Assembly (NCBI GenBank): GCA_013239625.1
Contig: MU053216.1
Coordinates: 1,452,943-1,516,942, forward strand
Length of the DNA: 64,000 nt
DNA from: Lama guanicoe
Taxonomy: Eukaryota
Reading direction: 5' to 3'
How positions within the stretch are numbered: the first letter of the stretch is position 1; the number at the start of each line of letters is the position of its first letter. The notes below the pieces were generated by a model that searched no databases, was not told the origin of the DNA, and worked only from the letters and a program-made list of their open reading frames with translations. The position numbers and the translations under genes are program-made. Of the stretch, positions 12,218 to 25,370 are shown in pieces.

Positions 12218-15200
12218 GAGAGCTCTGCCCTGACAGTCACTCAGGCTTCACTGAGCGTCAACCTCTTCATCTGCCTAACGTGGATGACACTTAATTTCTC
12301 ACCTCACGAGGCCTCAAATGAGATCAGAGCACATCAAAGTTACCTGAAGGGCTGCTGAGCGCCGTCATGACTTGGTGTCTTCACGACAGCAGGCATCAGT
12401 CAGTGGAAGACGCTACAGAATCGTTTATCATCTAAAGACAATCTCCAGACTTCACTGTCCTCATTTGTTTTTATGTTTTCCCAAGCCAACGCTCTATCAA
12501 TCGATACTGTACGGGATTAAACTGGGAGACTTCTACAAAATCACCCCTCGTGGGCCGGCTGCTAACCGTGGAGCTGCCAGCGGGCCACGGAAAGCGGGCA
12601 AAGCCAGCAATGAGCCCCGACAAATCCAGACTTCAGCACAGAACATCTGTAGTTTTCAAACATCCTAACCGTAGTGACCTGGCAAGATTTATTTTTACGA
12701 CAGTTTATACACGGCAGCGCAGGCCTGTCCACCACCACTCAACGTAACTGCTGCTCCCTTGTGCCAACAATGTGAAATGACAGCCACGTCCTCTCATTTG
12801 CTAACCAGTGTGACATTCCTAGCAGAGCTGAACCAGTCACATATGGTGGACTTCAAAGGAGGTCTGTGCTTTATAGCTTTCCAGTTTTGAAAGTTTTCCA
12901 GGCATACGGATGCTGAGCCAAAAACTGCTTCAAATCTCAAAATCTAAAACAAGTTGCATATAATACACTGGAATATGCTTTATCATATAAAAATAACCAT
13001 CAGTAAATGCTCCACTTAACACTCAAAAAATTGCCTGAAAGGAAACTTGTCAGCAAATCTCTTTCAGCTGGGTGCGTACAAAAAATGCGCCCGACAGTAT
13101 CAGCCTTACCCGAAAAAGAAACTGAAGCACACAAGGTCATGAACAATGGGAGCTGCTCCCTAATTTGCCTCCACCACGCAGTCACAGTGCACCTGCCAAG
13201 CACCGTCCATGAGAAAGAAAAAGGAAGGTCATGATGTCTCCCTTGGTGACACGGAGGTTGCCATCCCGGGTTTTCAGAAACTACAAAGACAAGTTAAAGC
13301 CTGAAGAGCCGCAGGGAAAGCTTCACGGGACTTGAACACAGCTACGGCAGAGACCCAGCCAGCACAGGGAGAAGCGGGAACGCCTCTCCTCCAGGCGGCC
13401 AAGCACCTAGAGCTGCACACCGCCTTCCCGATGAGCACCTGCTGGCGAGCAGTGCGAGGCCAGACCCCGCCCAGTACAGGGGACCAGCCCGCTCTGGAGC
13501 CCGCACCGCCACGCGTCCCACCACTCTCTGAAGTGATCTCTTTCATCTGTTTACTAGTTGGACTGTTTACCACCAGCTAAACCTTTCAGCTTTAGGAAAA
13601 CGAGAGTCAGCGCTCTCAGACCCCCGCAGGTGTATCAGAAGCACCTCCTGCAGAGCCAGCTCCGGGGAGCCTGTGACAGGCTCGCTTCGCACCCCCTCCC
13701 GGCGGCAGAGCCGGTGGGCTGGGGGTGGGGGGAGTCTGCGCACGCCGGGGACCTCCCTTCCGTCACAGAAGCTCCCGCATCTAGGCGGCTAAACATAGGC
13801 AAGCTTCCGCGCAGAGCAGTTGGCCAAGGCTTTAAATAATCATCTATTTTCTTCCTTTAAATCTCATTGCCGACGTTGATTAAAGACAATCTGCAAAAGC
13901 ACTATGACCTGCAAGCTCCCACGATGTGTCGGTGCCACGGGGCGGGGGGGGTCGGTCTGGTCACCACAGACCGGGGGCGGGCGGCTGCAACGACCGCCGC
14001 GACCGTTCGCCCCAGCCCTGGACTAACCGCGCGTGAGGGAAACCCGCGTTCTGCAGCGCCCTGCCGGAGCGCTCAGTCCCCGGCCCCCATCACGTGTTCA
14101 CACAGAGTCACACCAAGAGAGATCGCCTTCTCCTGCACCAGCTGCTTAAGGTTAGTCACCTACGCTGGACACACAGCTGTCTTTCTCCTCTTTGTAAAAG
14201 ATGGCATCCTAGTTAATGCACGTTTACTTCACCTGCAGCCATCATCAAGAATCACCGCCAGCAGGTCCGTGGTATCAGGCAACTTCCTAAGTGCCTCAGC
14301 TTTTGTTAGTTTGAATGTTGTGAAAATGAGATTACAAACAAAAAGAATACAAAGCTTTCATCGTTCAAGTCAGTTATCTATTTTATAGACCAAGTCTGAA
14401 GTAACTTCTTACATCATACTTTAGACACTAGCTCTGAAAAGCCAAATTAAAAAAAAAAAATACGCACCTGAATCTGTAATGTAAACCACATTTCAAGTCA
14501 AACAGAATGGTTAAAATTTTCTGAAATGGGAAGCAAGACAGATGCCAGTGTTACTTGAGGAAAATTAATCTAACAGCAGAAAACCACAGGAAGCAGATAA
14601 AATAAATCTTCAGGAGGCAAGTCCACATGCAAACTCTATGCCCGCAGTTCTTTCCATTAAAAGATACAAATTGGTAACTTGCACAGTAAAATACACCTTT
14701 TAAGAAAAACGTGAGTATAGTATTCAGTTTTCTGCACCAACACTGCCATTTCACCCTATAACCCAGGCATGACGTCCATTCAGTTAGTCACAGTCCACAG
14801 TTTTTCCAAACAGAACAGAGAAAGATCAAGTTCCAAGGATAAAACCTTGTTTCTGTCATATACGTGTATCTAGGCAGACAGGTGTGTGTCTGGTAGCAGA
14901 ACGTTTCTGTCAGAGTCAAGGGAGCTTCAAAGCTCCAGGCCGGGTGACAGCGAGGGCCCCTTTCTGCTCCGGATCTCTACTTCTGTGGTTGAACCTGTCC
15001 TCAACGGGGAAGAAAGGGGGCTTTTTCTCTGCTGAATATTCAGCTCCATTTCTCTTACTGGCAGACATCAGAGCCCGCTGAATTGGCTACGCTAATTTCA
15101 GCAAACACTGGGACTTACCACTGAAGTCGTCCGCAGACTCCATGGAAGGGCTCTGGAAGGACAGACATGGAGCAGCCCCGGGGGGGAGCTCGTGGGCTCT

Positions 15201-15859
15201 CCCAGGGCGGCCCCACCCCCACCCCCACCCCTGCGCTGTGACTCTCCCTCCAACAATGCGATCGCCCACCAGACATCAGGCATCTGAACCCTGGGGTAAA
15301 CCAGCAACAGTGGGGCAGGGAAAGGAGCCCAGACGTGGTCTCTGGGAAAGTAAACTCTCCACCACCCCCAAATCATAAAGATATCTGATTTTTATGGCCA
15401 GAAATTAGCATTTCATTTTTTGAAGCACTATGCACCAGACATAATACTTGGTTCAACGTGATATACACAGTGTACATGTATATTAAAACATTAAACTGTA
15501 CACCTTCAATACCTGCAACTTTTATCATTCGAGTTGGGGGAAAATATGAGAAACAAAATGTTTTCAACAGATGAAAGAGAATGTGTGTTATATTCACGAG
15601 AAAGTCTTAAAATAATGAACGTTATAGTGAATGGATGGTATAACAAACATATTTTTCATTTCACATAATGTATTTTTGAAAAGTTAGGTTATTAAAAGTT
15701 ATACTTTTCTAAACCAATGTTGTGAAAATGAATTGTGATAGAAGATGTTTCTAAAATTTATAAATTACTGCAAAATGAATTGCTATTTTTAAAAATCTGT
15801 ATCTTTGTATGTCAGTGATCACTAAACAAGACACCCCCATGTAAGAAAAGGGCATCTGC

Positions 15860-16203
15860 TGTGATGTGCGTGCTGGGGTTCCCCAAAACTCCCATGCTGG
15901 AACCCCAAAGCCCCAGGTGATGGTATGAGGAGGAGGGGCTCTGGCAGGCGATCAGGTCATAAGGCGGGGTCCTCGGGAATCAGATTAGCACTCTTGCAAG
16001 AGAGGCCCCAGGGAGCACCCCCGACATGAGGTCACACAGGAACTTGGCAGTCTACCCCTCAGAGGGGCCTTCTCTGACACCCGACACACTGAATCCTTGA
16101 CCTTGGACTCCTAGCCTTCGGGACTGGGAGGGATATATTCCAGCTGCTTATAAACCACAGAGTCTGCAGGGCTTTGGCACAGAAGCCTGGAGAGACTAAG
16201 GCA
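15860..16203 (+). mobile_element. MaLR solo LTR (MLT1A-like)
   Basis: TG...CA ends; CCCCAGGTGATGGTATGAGGAGG...TTGACCTTGGACTCCTAGCCTTCGGGACTGGGAG...TTATAAACCAC...GACTAAGGCA. Confidence 0.75.
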
Positions 16204-16699
16204 GCCCTCTGGTCGGGCAGCCGAGACAGCCCCCCGCCTGATCCTCCCTGCTCTCGGACTCCCACCTGCCCCTCACCACAATCCCCTCCGCAGCCGCACC
16301 GGCTCACTGGGTGACACCAGCCTCGGGCTGACACTTGCGGAGAGAAACCCACCAGGACAGAACAGGACAGCACAGAGTCCGTGCAGGACAAGCCCTGGGT
16401 CAGGAAGACCCGTGCCAGGTGCTGCTCTGTTGCCAACTGGCTCTGCACCCCACACTGTCCCCGTGCCCTCCAACCTCTGCAGCAGGAGCGAACCAGTATC
16501 CATCCAGTTTCCTCACCTGTCATAAAAAGAGGTGGTAAAACTGCCGTGTTTACTTTTTCTGGTTATTACAAAAAAAAAGTGTCAATGCTTTATAAGCCGT
16601 TAACACTACAGAAATAGTAGGGTTGTGGTGGGGGGGTGTCAGGTTTCTGGGGAAGGCCATATGGCATACCCAGGCTCAGCAGGGGCTCTGGGGCCAGCA

Positions 16700-16850
16700 G
16701 ATACAAGTTAGACCCCCAGCACCATCTACCCCGTCTGGCCTTGGGCACGTCTGTCTGCTCACCTGAGTGTCAGTTTCCTGGTCTATAAAACAGCGGCAGT
16801 ACCGCCTGCATCACATACTGCGTGGGCAATTAGCACCTGTGAAGCACGCT
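16700..16850 (+). mobile_element. MIR
   Basis: GGCCTTGGGCACGT...CTGAGTGTCAGTTTCCTGGTCTATAAAACAG. Confidence 0.6.
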
Positions 16851-19800
16851 CAACTCCCATCCCTGACTTCGCCCCCACAACTCTGCGCCCTGGGTGCTAC
16901 CCCACTTTCACACCACAGACCCTCCAATCCCACAAGACCCTCCTCTCAGGGCCCCAGGAGCGTCCCGAGGACCGAGACTGTCGACTTTATCACCACTGCC
17001 CGCCTAGAGTTCACGGCAGGAACTGAGTAAGTGTAAGAAATAAATGAATTCCCATCCACCCTCTTGGTAAATACATAAGCGTAACGTAACAAACTAAAAA
17101 ACTAGATATTCTAACAAAATGCACATCAATTTTACTTCCTTCCTTTGTACACACACAGACTCCCTTTCACTTATATCCATCTCGATCTTTTCCAACAGCT
17201 ACCAAGAAGAAAAGAAAAACTTAAGACAGAGATGCCTTTACCTTTCTGACCAAAAATAAGAGATTTAAGGGCATCGGTTCAAGATTTTTAACCTATAAAG
17301 CTGTCCCTTTTTTTATTTTGTTTTTTAACCACTATTAGGTAAAAATATCAGGGTTCAAAAGCACCAGAGGCAACAGAGGATGGGGAGCTAAAACCCAGAC
17401 CCTGAGGCTCCCAGAAATACAGAGTGAAAGCAAAAGCTGGTTTTCCCAGCTTCTAACGGCCCACCAGCTGGTCAGTAACCGGAGTTGACAGGAGGGATGA
17501 AATCCTTGTGCCTGCCCTTATTCTAGGCTCTCTTCACTTCCCGACTCTGAGGAGTCAACAGATCATCTCAATTCTACCTCAGAGCCACCCCTCCTGCCCA
17601 CCCCTCCCGCATCCCCTGCCTCCTTTAGCTCAGGTCCCCGCCCCCCTGGCCTCTGCAGTGTCTAGTGACACCAGAGAGACGGTCTCACACAGTCTGATGG
17701 GGCACAGACCATGCGGGTGGGTCCCCACCGCTCCCGCGATGAAGTAGCACTGGTGTGACAGGTCACTGTGCCCCATCCAACCCTCCGGCCTCAATTCTCA
17801 TCGCCCCCCTCCATGTGCCTGGGCTAAAGCCACGACCGAGCGCACCGGCCCGCACGCTCCCTCCGACACCCCTGCAGCCAGGTGCCCCGCTCACAGTGCC
17901 CTCCGCGCCTGCCAACCACCCGCAGCCTTCAGGACTGGGCTGGAGAGCAGACCGAGTTTGGGCCTCTGCACTCCTAAAATACATGGATGATAATTTGCTT
18001 ATTTTCCTATAATCCCCAGTGCAAAGTGAGCCACTGAGGGACAGACACTCTTTTCAATCCCAGGCGATAATACAGAGCATACGGCAGGAGCTCCGTAGAT
18101 AAACTGGGTAAGTTAACAGTGGCCTGAGTGACTTCAGTTTTATCCTAAGTATACAGGCTCTGTGAGCCCACCTGGTAAAGCAAGCGCCAGCGCCAGCGCC
18201 ACGCTGGCTCCATGAGAAGGCGACCCGGAGGCCTAAGCAAGTTGTTACACACGCACCGACTCGAGCGTCACAAACACTGCTGCAAGCCATCAAAAGTTAA
18301 GTGGAACTTGTCACAGAGGTGTCGACGTTACCTTGACGCACTAGTGGCATCAAGTGAGGGGGGCGGTTCACGGGAAACAGAAAGACCCAGCTCTGTGCAT
18401 GGAGGGTAAACCCCGCTCACCAGCTGCCATGAGGACCTAAAATAGCTTCTCACGGACACGCTCTGCTCGTGAATTTGCAAGGCATTATTACACAACAGGG
18501 ACCAGAAATCAGAATCTCCTCAACCACCGCTGTAATGTTACGTGTATATAATCCTTCTCTAAAGTGCAGCTTTTAATCTTCTTAAAGGGGGTAAGACTTT
18601 TGTAAAAGCTTCTGCTCAGGGGGGTGACACCAAGTTCCAGTGACGGGAGTGCCATAGACACCAGAGCGACCCCGCCTACAGGACAGTGAGCTGGGAGGGA
18701 GGGGGGACGAGGAGAGGGACGGCACCGTGCTCCTGGGCTCGGCGGCTGGGCCACCCCAACCGTGAACCCGGCAAAAATCATGGTGACCAGGTGGCTACCC
18801 CGCAGGTCTCGAAAACAGAGAAACCCACATCCCCCAGAGGACGCACACAACTTGACTTCGTGCCCTGCCAGCAGCTCTCCGACTCAGAGGGAACAGCTCC
18901 TCCCGAGGACGTGACACTTCGAGGCGGGCACAGCACGGGCCAATCACCCTGAAAGGAGGCCTGAGCAAAGGCCACACCGACTCTGACTCCGGGGGCACCC
19001 AGCCCCCTCCTCCCCTCCACCCGCTCCCAGCACCTGCCACCCCCAGCCACCCTGGCAGAGGCGGGGAGGCAGCTAAGGATGCGGGAGGTGCAGCTGAGGC
19101 AGAGCTGGTCTGCACTCCGCTGCGCGGTCTGTGCGCCCTCGACGCCTCGGCCTCCTCGCTGGGAGGACAGGGACGGCACGCGTCCCTCTGAGGGCTGTCA
19201 TCGGAACCACACGACGCGAGACAGGTGGACGCGGCGGGCGGGCGGGCGGACGACAGGGCAGGGCGCGCTGAGAACTGACAAGGGCTCCGATTTACACCAC
19301 GCTGACGGCAGCGCTGTTCACACGGCGGTTCAGCGTTCTGCAATGTTTGCAATGTTTTGTTTCATGCAGGCAGAAAAAAAATCAACAAGTCACCACCACC
19401 ACCACCACCAACCACAGAAAAACAGCCCGAAAACTCATTCTGTGGTCCCGCCACCCTCACAGCAGCCTCTCGGGAGCTGCTGGCCCCGAGCTGCCCTTCA
19501 GCCTCTTCTCAAACTGACGTCTCAGCGCCGCCAACGCCGTCCCCCGCGCACGAAACGGCCAGGTCAGTCAGCTCCCCCAGCCCGCGTCCCGCCCACTGAA
19601 ACCCCGTCAGCCACCCGTAACGCGGTCCCTGGCCCTCCCTGGCGGAATCATCGCGCCCACCAGTGTGTTCCTGCTGCTCAAACTGACACTCAGAGCACGT
19701 GTCCCAGCCAATTAGCTTTGTTCCTCAGTCGTCCTCACTAGATTCTAAGCTCAACATCATTCAAGCGGAGATATTCGTGGTCAGCTGAACGCACAGGCCA

Positions 19801-20599
19801 CAAGCGTGGTGGAATAAAGCAACACTTCTTTACGCACAGGGGTATCCTTCCTGAGGGTCAGCAAGCACTTCCATCAAGCGCTGGCCTTCCACGATAACAC
19901 AGCAGTGCAAGGGCCGGCGGCAGGGATGTACGCTGACCTCCGAGCTTACGGTTTCTGACTATTCAGAAACATCCATTGTAACAATACTGACAGCGCGTTG
20001 AGAGAACATTTTATGCCTTACTTGCCAAATGACCTGTCAGTCCACTTGAATTTCCATTAAGCACACAGAATATTTTTGGTCCTCATTAAAAGAAAGCACT
20101 TCATAATAAAACTTTTGTTTGTATGGTGACTGTTTCAAAACAAGATCTAACTAACACAACACTGTAAAATGATTATGAATCAATAAAAAAAAACAAAAAA
20201 AAAAAACACGATCTAACTAAATAATAAACATTATTTTATATGTCAAATATGAAACTCTACCTCGTTATTTCAAATCACACATACTATATACACATACATG
20301 CACACTTACTTTAATAGAGTTTTATAAGTAACTCTTAAATCCTACACACGCAAACATGGCGGGAAGGCTGGTTCACAACCAGGAGTTTATTCGTAACCAG
20401 CCTGCCACTCAGCAAGCGTCAGTCCAGATATTTCAGCGCCCAAACGCGCCGCACGCTGCAGCGCCGGGACTCAGTCACATTCTAGCTCGTGCAGATTCGA
20501 ATTCTAGTTTTGCGACTGAGAAACAGTGCTACTTCAGGCAAGTCACTTAACCTCTCTCAATTCTAAGTATCACACAGATGAAATGACTCTGGATTACAT

Positions 20600-20785
20600 C
20601 AAATTTCCCATACGTTCTTGATCACGAAACTCACCCTGAATGCTTGTTTAAAAATACACGTCCTACCCCCTTCTGAAGGTTCTGCGTGAGCAGCTCTGAC
20701 TGCAGGGCCAGGATCCGTGCTCACATTCCCATTGGCGCGTGCTCCCGGGTCCTGCTGGATGGCAAGTCTTCTACTACACGCTGGC
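20600..20785. mobile_element. MER5-like hAT remnant inside a MIR (MIR parts ~20490-20600 and ~20790-20830)
   Basis: GAAACTCACCCTGAATGCTTGTTTAAAAATACACG...GCAGGGCCAGGATCCGTG flanked by MIR-like GGCAAGTCACTTAACCTCTCT and TTCTAAGGCTCCTTCCGGCTACAAAATTCTATGA. Confidence 0.45.
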
Positions 20786-21725
20786 TTCTGATTTCTAAGG
20801 CTCCTTCCGGCTACAAAATTCTATGAATTTAAGAGGTTATGACGCAGATCAAACCCCCCACCCAACCGGATGAGCTGAGTGCAGTACACGTGCAGCTTTA
20901 TTCTGCTCTGGGATGAAGTTCTAGAGATGTCATTTTTAGCGTCTGGCTCCATTCGCTACAAGTCCCTCAATCTCCAAGTCCTCCTAGATGCCAGCATTTA
21001 TGGACGCAAATAATTTGCCAGACAACATGACTTGGGCTAGAACATACTTTTGGTTGAGGACCCTCCCCTGTGGTTTTAATGCACATAACTCACCACACAT
21101 TTAATGCTGACACACGCATTAATGCAACTCTCAGAGCATGTGACTGACTCTGTAACTGTATATACAGGGTCCATCTGTCCTTTATCACCTGTCTGTAATA
21201 GTCATTAGGGAAATCACAACTACTGCCCCTTCCTGCAATATCACAGGTAACGATTACGTGCTGAATAAACTTTAATGTGTTATCATTATTAACTGGCTTC
21301 AAAACACAATGTCCAAAAGCACATATTCTCCAATGGGTGTTCTCATTAAAAAAACAAGCATCTCTCTCAATCCCTATTAGCCCCCAAATTAGTAAAATTT
21401 ATTCAGTCAAACCTGCCTTGTACTTATAGTGATGTTTCTGTCACCACACATACGTCCCCCCAAAGCTGTGCGGGAACATACAGAAACCAGGTCTCAAACA
21501 TACAAGGTAATTTAGAGGTGGGAGACGTGGAGAGGGAATCAATACATACAGCACAATGAAACACGCTTCTTCATTATACTTCTCAAAAAGCAGGCCAAAG
21601 AAGGAAACTAATTCTTATTACTCTAAAACCAAATAAAAGTTTCTTAAGAAACGAAGCTTTCCTAGTACTCTGAGAAATTTTCTCACATAGGTCTTCAAAA
21701 GCCAGGAAACGTTACAATATCACCA

Positions 21726-21838
21726 GGGGGTAGACGATGCCCAGGGGTGGGGCAGGCGCTCAGCACACACGAGGTCCTGGGCTCAATCCCCAGTAGCGCC
21801 ATTAAAATAAATAAACCCAATTATCCCCCCCCAAAACC
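21726..21838 (+). mobile_element. tRNA-derived SINE (camelid Vic-1-like) with degenerate TSD
   Basis: CACGAGGTCCTGGGCTCAATCCCCAGTAGCGCCATTAAAATAAATAAACC body. Flanks CAATATCACCA (21715-21725) / CAGTATCATCA (21839-21849). Confidence 0.8.
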
Positions 21839-23075
21839 CAGTATCATCAATCAGAATTCCAAGCGAATGGAAAACCTCAGTCAAGCTGTAAGACAGACAG
21901 AAAATACATACTGAAAACACAGGTCAGTGTGTGTGACAGGGCAAGGCTGACGCCGCCGTGGTCAGGCACGAGCCTCCTGACACCCCACGGACAGAAGCCG
22001 GGCCCCAGAAGACGGAGGCCGCGCACACTCACAGCGCATCCTGACACCTCGCACCCAGGCCAGACTGAAGCGCGCTTGCGCTGTTCGCACACATGCCATG
22101 CACACCAGCGGGGGTGCAGACTCGGGGGGGAAGAAGCCCTGAGGTGAGTCTGAAGCCTTCGGTGACAGGTGCAGACCTCCTACCTGGTAATAAGCATTCT
22201 TGGTTATCCTTGATAACTCTATGACTAAATCGTTAACAAAACTTTGCCTGAGACAGTATTCTCTATTCCTTGAAAGTATTAAAAAGGGTGTTTTTTAAAG
22301 CAGGAAACAGGCAAAAAGCAAGTCGGTCACCTCCTGTGCCTGAGATGGTAAACCAGTTTTTGCTCGTCCCTCTTCAGCTTCACAATTGCATGTACTCTCC
22401 CACGTGCAGAACCCCGGCAAAACCCCAGTCTCACACAGGGCGCGATTCAATCGGCGCGCGGCTCCGCGGCTCTTCTACCACCACTCCCGGGGACGCCCGG
22501 CGCTCTCTGAGCTCCAGCTACGGCAGCAGGGCGGGCGGAGGCAGCACACGGTGGCCCTGACGTTTGGACCCGTGCCCAGAGACGCCCATGAGAGAGGCCC
22601 CCACGCGCCAGCCCCAGGCAGCTCAGAGCCCCACGCGCTCCACAGGGACGAATCAATGCCTGTTGAACAAACTGCAACACCCAACGTGCAGAAAGAACTC
22701 TACCGAGAAGGCACTCATGTAAGTGAGCACTTACAGATCTCACCCCTAATGAGAATAAAATCAGGGAAGCACTTTCCATCTCTTCTAGTCTCTGTGATGG
22801 AAAAAATGAGTTTTTAAATTGATTAAAAACCACTTTAACGTAGTCGGAAATTACATAACTTTCTCCCAGGTATTAGAAAGTCACCAAATATCCCAAAATA
22901 GCTTATTACAATCTTCCTTAATTTGAAAATGAGGCTCATAAGAAAAAGCTGTTTTTTAAATTCGAGGCAGAGGTGACAGTCCAGCTGTAAAACCCACTTC
23001 CCTCTATCGCATAAAGCAATTCACGCTCAAAAGTATACGCGTCAGACAAAGTAACCTTGGCGCGTAAAGACTCAC

Positions 23076-23335
23076 CATCTGGATGGGCTTCTTGTGGAGA
23101 TCTCGTTCCGTCACCAGCTTTTCTCGGTCGGTGACGTACAGCCCCTTCTGCGCCAAGGCCTGGATCACGGCGTCGTGGCCCAGGAGCGGCTTTGCCGCGT
23201 CGCTCTTGAGGATGAGGCTCCCCGCGCGGCAGTACAGCTCGGCCGACAGCAGCAGGCGCACCACGGGGGGCTTGACGTGCTCCTGCTCATACTGGTCCGT
23301 GTAAAACGGCTCTCGGAGCTCCTCCGGCACATTTT
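23076..23335 (-). CDS. CAMSAP2: CAMSAP2 coding exon 2 (260 bp; ENVPEELREPFYTDQYEQEHVKPPVVRLLLSAELYCRAGSLILKSDAAKPLLGHDAVIQALAQKGLYVTDREKLVTERDLHKKPIQM)
   Basis: Acceptor CTTTACAG|AAAATG at 23336/23335 and donor ATG|GTGAGT at 23076/23075. 139+260=399 nt keeps frame and ends in phase 0. Peptide matches the CAMSAP2 N-terminal region. Confidence 0.96.
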
Positions 23336-24479
23336 CTGTAAAGATTAAGGGGGGACAGAAGCACAATTTATTTAACAATTATTATTTTTGTCACAGAAGC
23401 TAAGATCCCTTCTACGAATAACAATAACTCTAACTGAAAAGGTGATTTATTCGACCTTGGCAGATAATCTAAAATGAAAAAGAGACAGAAATCTTCACAG
23501 AAGATACCGCTCTGAGCACACCTAGCAACCAAGGGGAGAAGTCTTCTGCGTCCAGCACCTCTGGGGAAGCAGTCCCCCCCACGCACACTCACAGAACGAG
23601 CCAAGATGACTAAACCAGCGCCAGTGCCTCCCTCACAGGAAGCGCAGTGACGGCCCCTCGGGGGACTGCCAGGCTTGACGCTGAGGACATCTGCCAGAGC
23701 CCACAGCTCATCAGCTGCAAAGCAGAACTGCCTGCTCACTGCGTCCGCTGCCCCCAGGCCTCTGGGTCCTCCCCTCCGTGCCCGGCCGGCTGGGGCTGCC
23801 GAGGGGCAGCCGTGGCTGTGGTTCAGGGCGTGCTATCCCCCAAGTCCCTCACACTAGACACTGTGACCTCCCATCCTCCCCACAAAGCCCTCCTGGGCAC
23901 CCAACCGACCCACCTGAGGGAGACAGGCAGGGCAGCTGACCCGCGGGACGAGGGTCCCAGTTCCTCCTCTGCCGGCCGCCTCCCACCAGGGGCGTGAGTC
24001 CCTCTCCCCGTGGTGGCTACTTCCTCGGGAACTGCCTTTGCATCCGACGGGTTTCCTGCCTTCCCCGCCCAGATCTCTTCCACCCCCTCCCACGCCTCAC
24101 CCAGGCTCTCAGCTTTCCATCAAAGCCAGGCGAGAACGAGCTTGGTCTTCCGGAAGGGAAGGCGGCGTCTCAGCTGGACGTGAACACAGACCCTGACACA
24201 AGCCAGGCCCCCCCTTGCCTTCTCTGCAAAGTAGGGGCTCATGGCCAGCGACCCACCATCACTGATCTTGGGAGCCCCCTGAACAGGAAGCTTTAATACA
24301 AGCTCAATAGTGCTGCTCAAAGCCAGCATTTCAAACTGTGTATTCACCAGGTATTAACAGACTCCTCGGCAATTTTCACCTTAATGTTTTCGAAAAATAT
24401 CTTCATCAAACAATAGTATTGTAATTATTTCATGTTCCTTTTATATACCAGTGTGGCTCTGGGGAATTCAAGGAATTAG

Positions 24480-25370
24480 AAATAATCCCTTCTTCAAGGA
24501 GCCAATCATCTACAGAAAGATTAGACAGACAGGCAAAGTTCAGCAACTCAGAAGCCGGAGGCAGTACTAAGCAAGAAGTGATCAAGCGCCAAATGAAAGG
24601 AACCAACAAGTGAGCGCGTCAGGTCCAGAGGCGGCGGCCGCAGGGGCGGACATGGCTGCACCTCAGAGAAACGGGGGGATGACCGGGCGGAATGTACGGG
24701 ATCAGAGCAGGGGGGCTTTCTAAACAGATGGGGAAGGGGAGAGAGAGGAGGTGTGAAGAGACCCCAAACTGAACAATCTGGGTGGAGAGAAGGGCTCACG
24801 CAGGGGAGCAGTGAGGGCGAAGCTGGGACGGGAGGCTGAAAGTCGTCTCTCTAACGCACGAGGCCTTTACACGGTAATAGCTGTATTACATATGTACATA
24901 CACAGCTTTATATATAATAGCAAGGAATTGCTGACAGTTCTAAAGGAAAAAAGTGACACACTGAGAGTGATGTTTGGGGACAATTAACTAGTATTCAATA
25001 CTGATGGCGACAAAAATCAGAGTCAGAAGATTAAATGAAGTCGCACAGCAGCGGTGGCTGAAGCCAACAGGAAGTGAGGGACAGAAGAGGCGGCTGAAGA
25101 CGAGCCCCAGAGGACCCAGGAATAAAGCACATGAGGTCAAAGCCCAGGTTAGCTGGGAAATGCTGTATCGTTAATCGAAAAAGGAAAATCAGAGGAAGCA
25201 TCCATTTCAAAAGCAAGATCACGAAGGGAGCTTTAGACTCGTTGAGTCTGAAACAATAGCAAAAACATCCACGTGGAAATATCCAAAAAGCAGCCAGGGA
25301 TTCAGGACTCCGGAAAGAGGTCAAGAGTAGAGGTACCAATCTGGGATTTTGGAGACGTCTAAAAACATCA
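24480..25370 (-). mobile_element. L2 fragment(s), reverse
   Basis: CCCTTCTTCAAGGAGCCAATCATCTA...GGATTCAGGACTCCGGAAAGAGGTCAAGAGTAGAGGTACCAATCTGGGA. Confidence 0.45.

Larger units (their letters stand above)
1..23075 (-). other. CAMSAP2: CAMSAP2 intron 2, partial (runs off the left edge)
   Basis: Follows the exon 2 donor. The expected exon 3 peptide (SAHLAMIDTLMMAY...) was not seen in the ORF track or by eye. Confidence 0.8.

Noticed and set aside
19079..19741. 220-aa ORF with a His run
   Set aside because: The His run is a (CAC)n microsatellite and the 3' part looks like a GC-shifted L2; antisense to the intron with no coding hallmarks.
23004..23378. 124-aa ORF as a stand-alone gene
   Set aside because: It is exon 2 plus intronic read-through on both sides; splice sites define 23076-23335.
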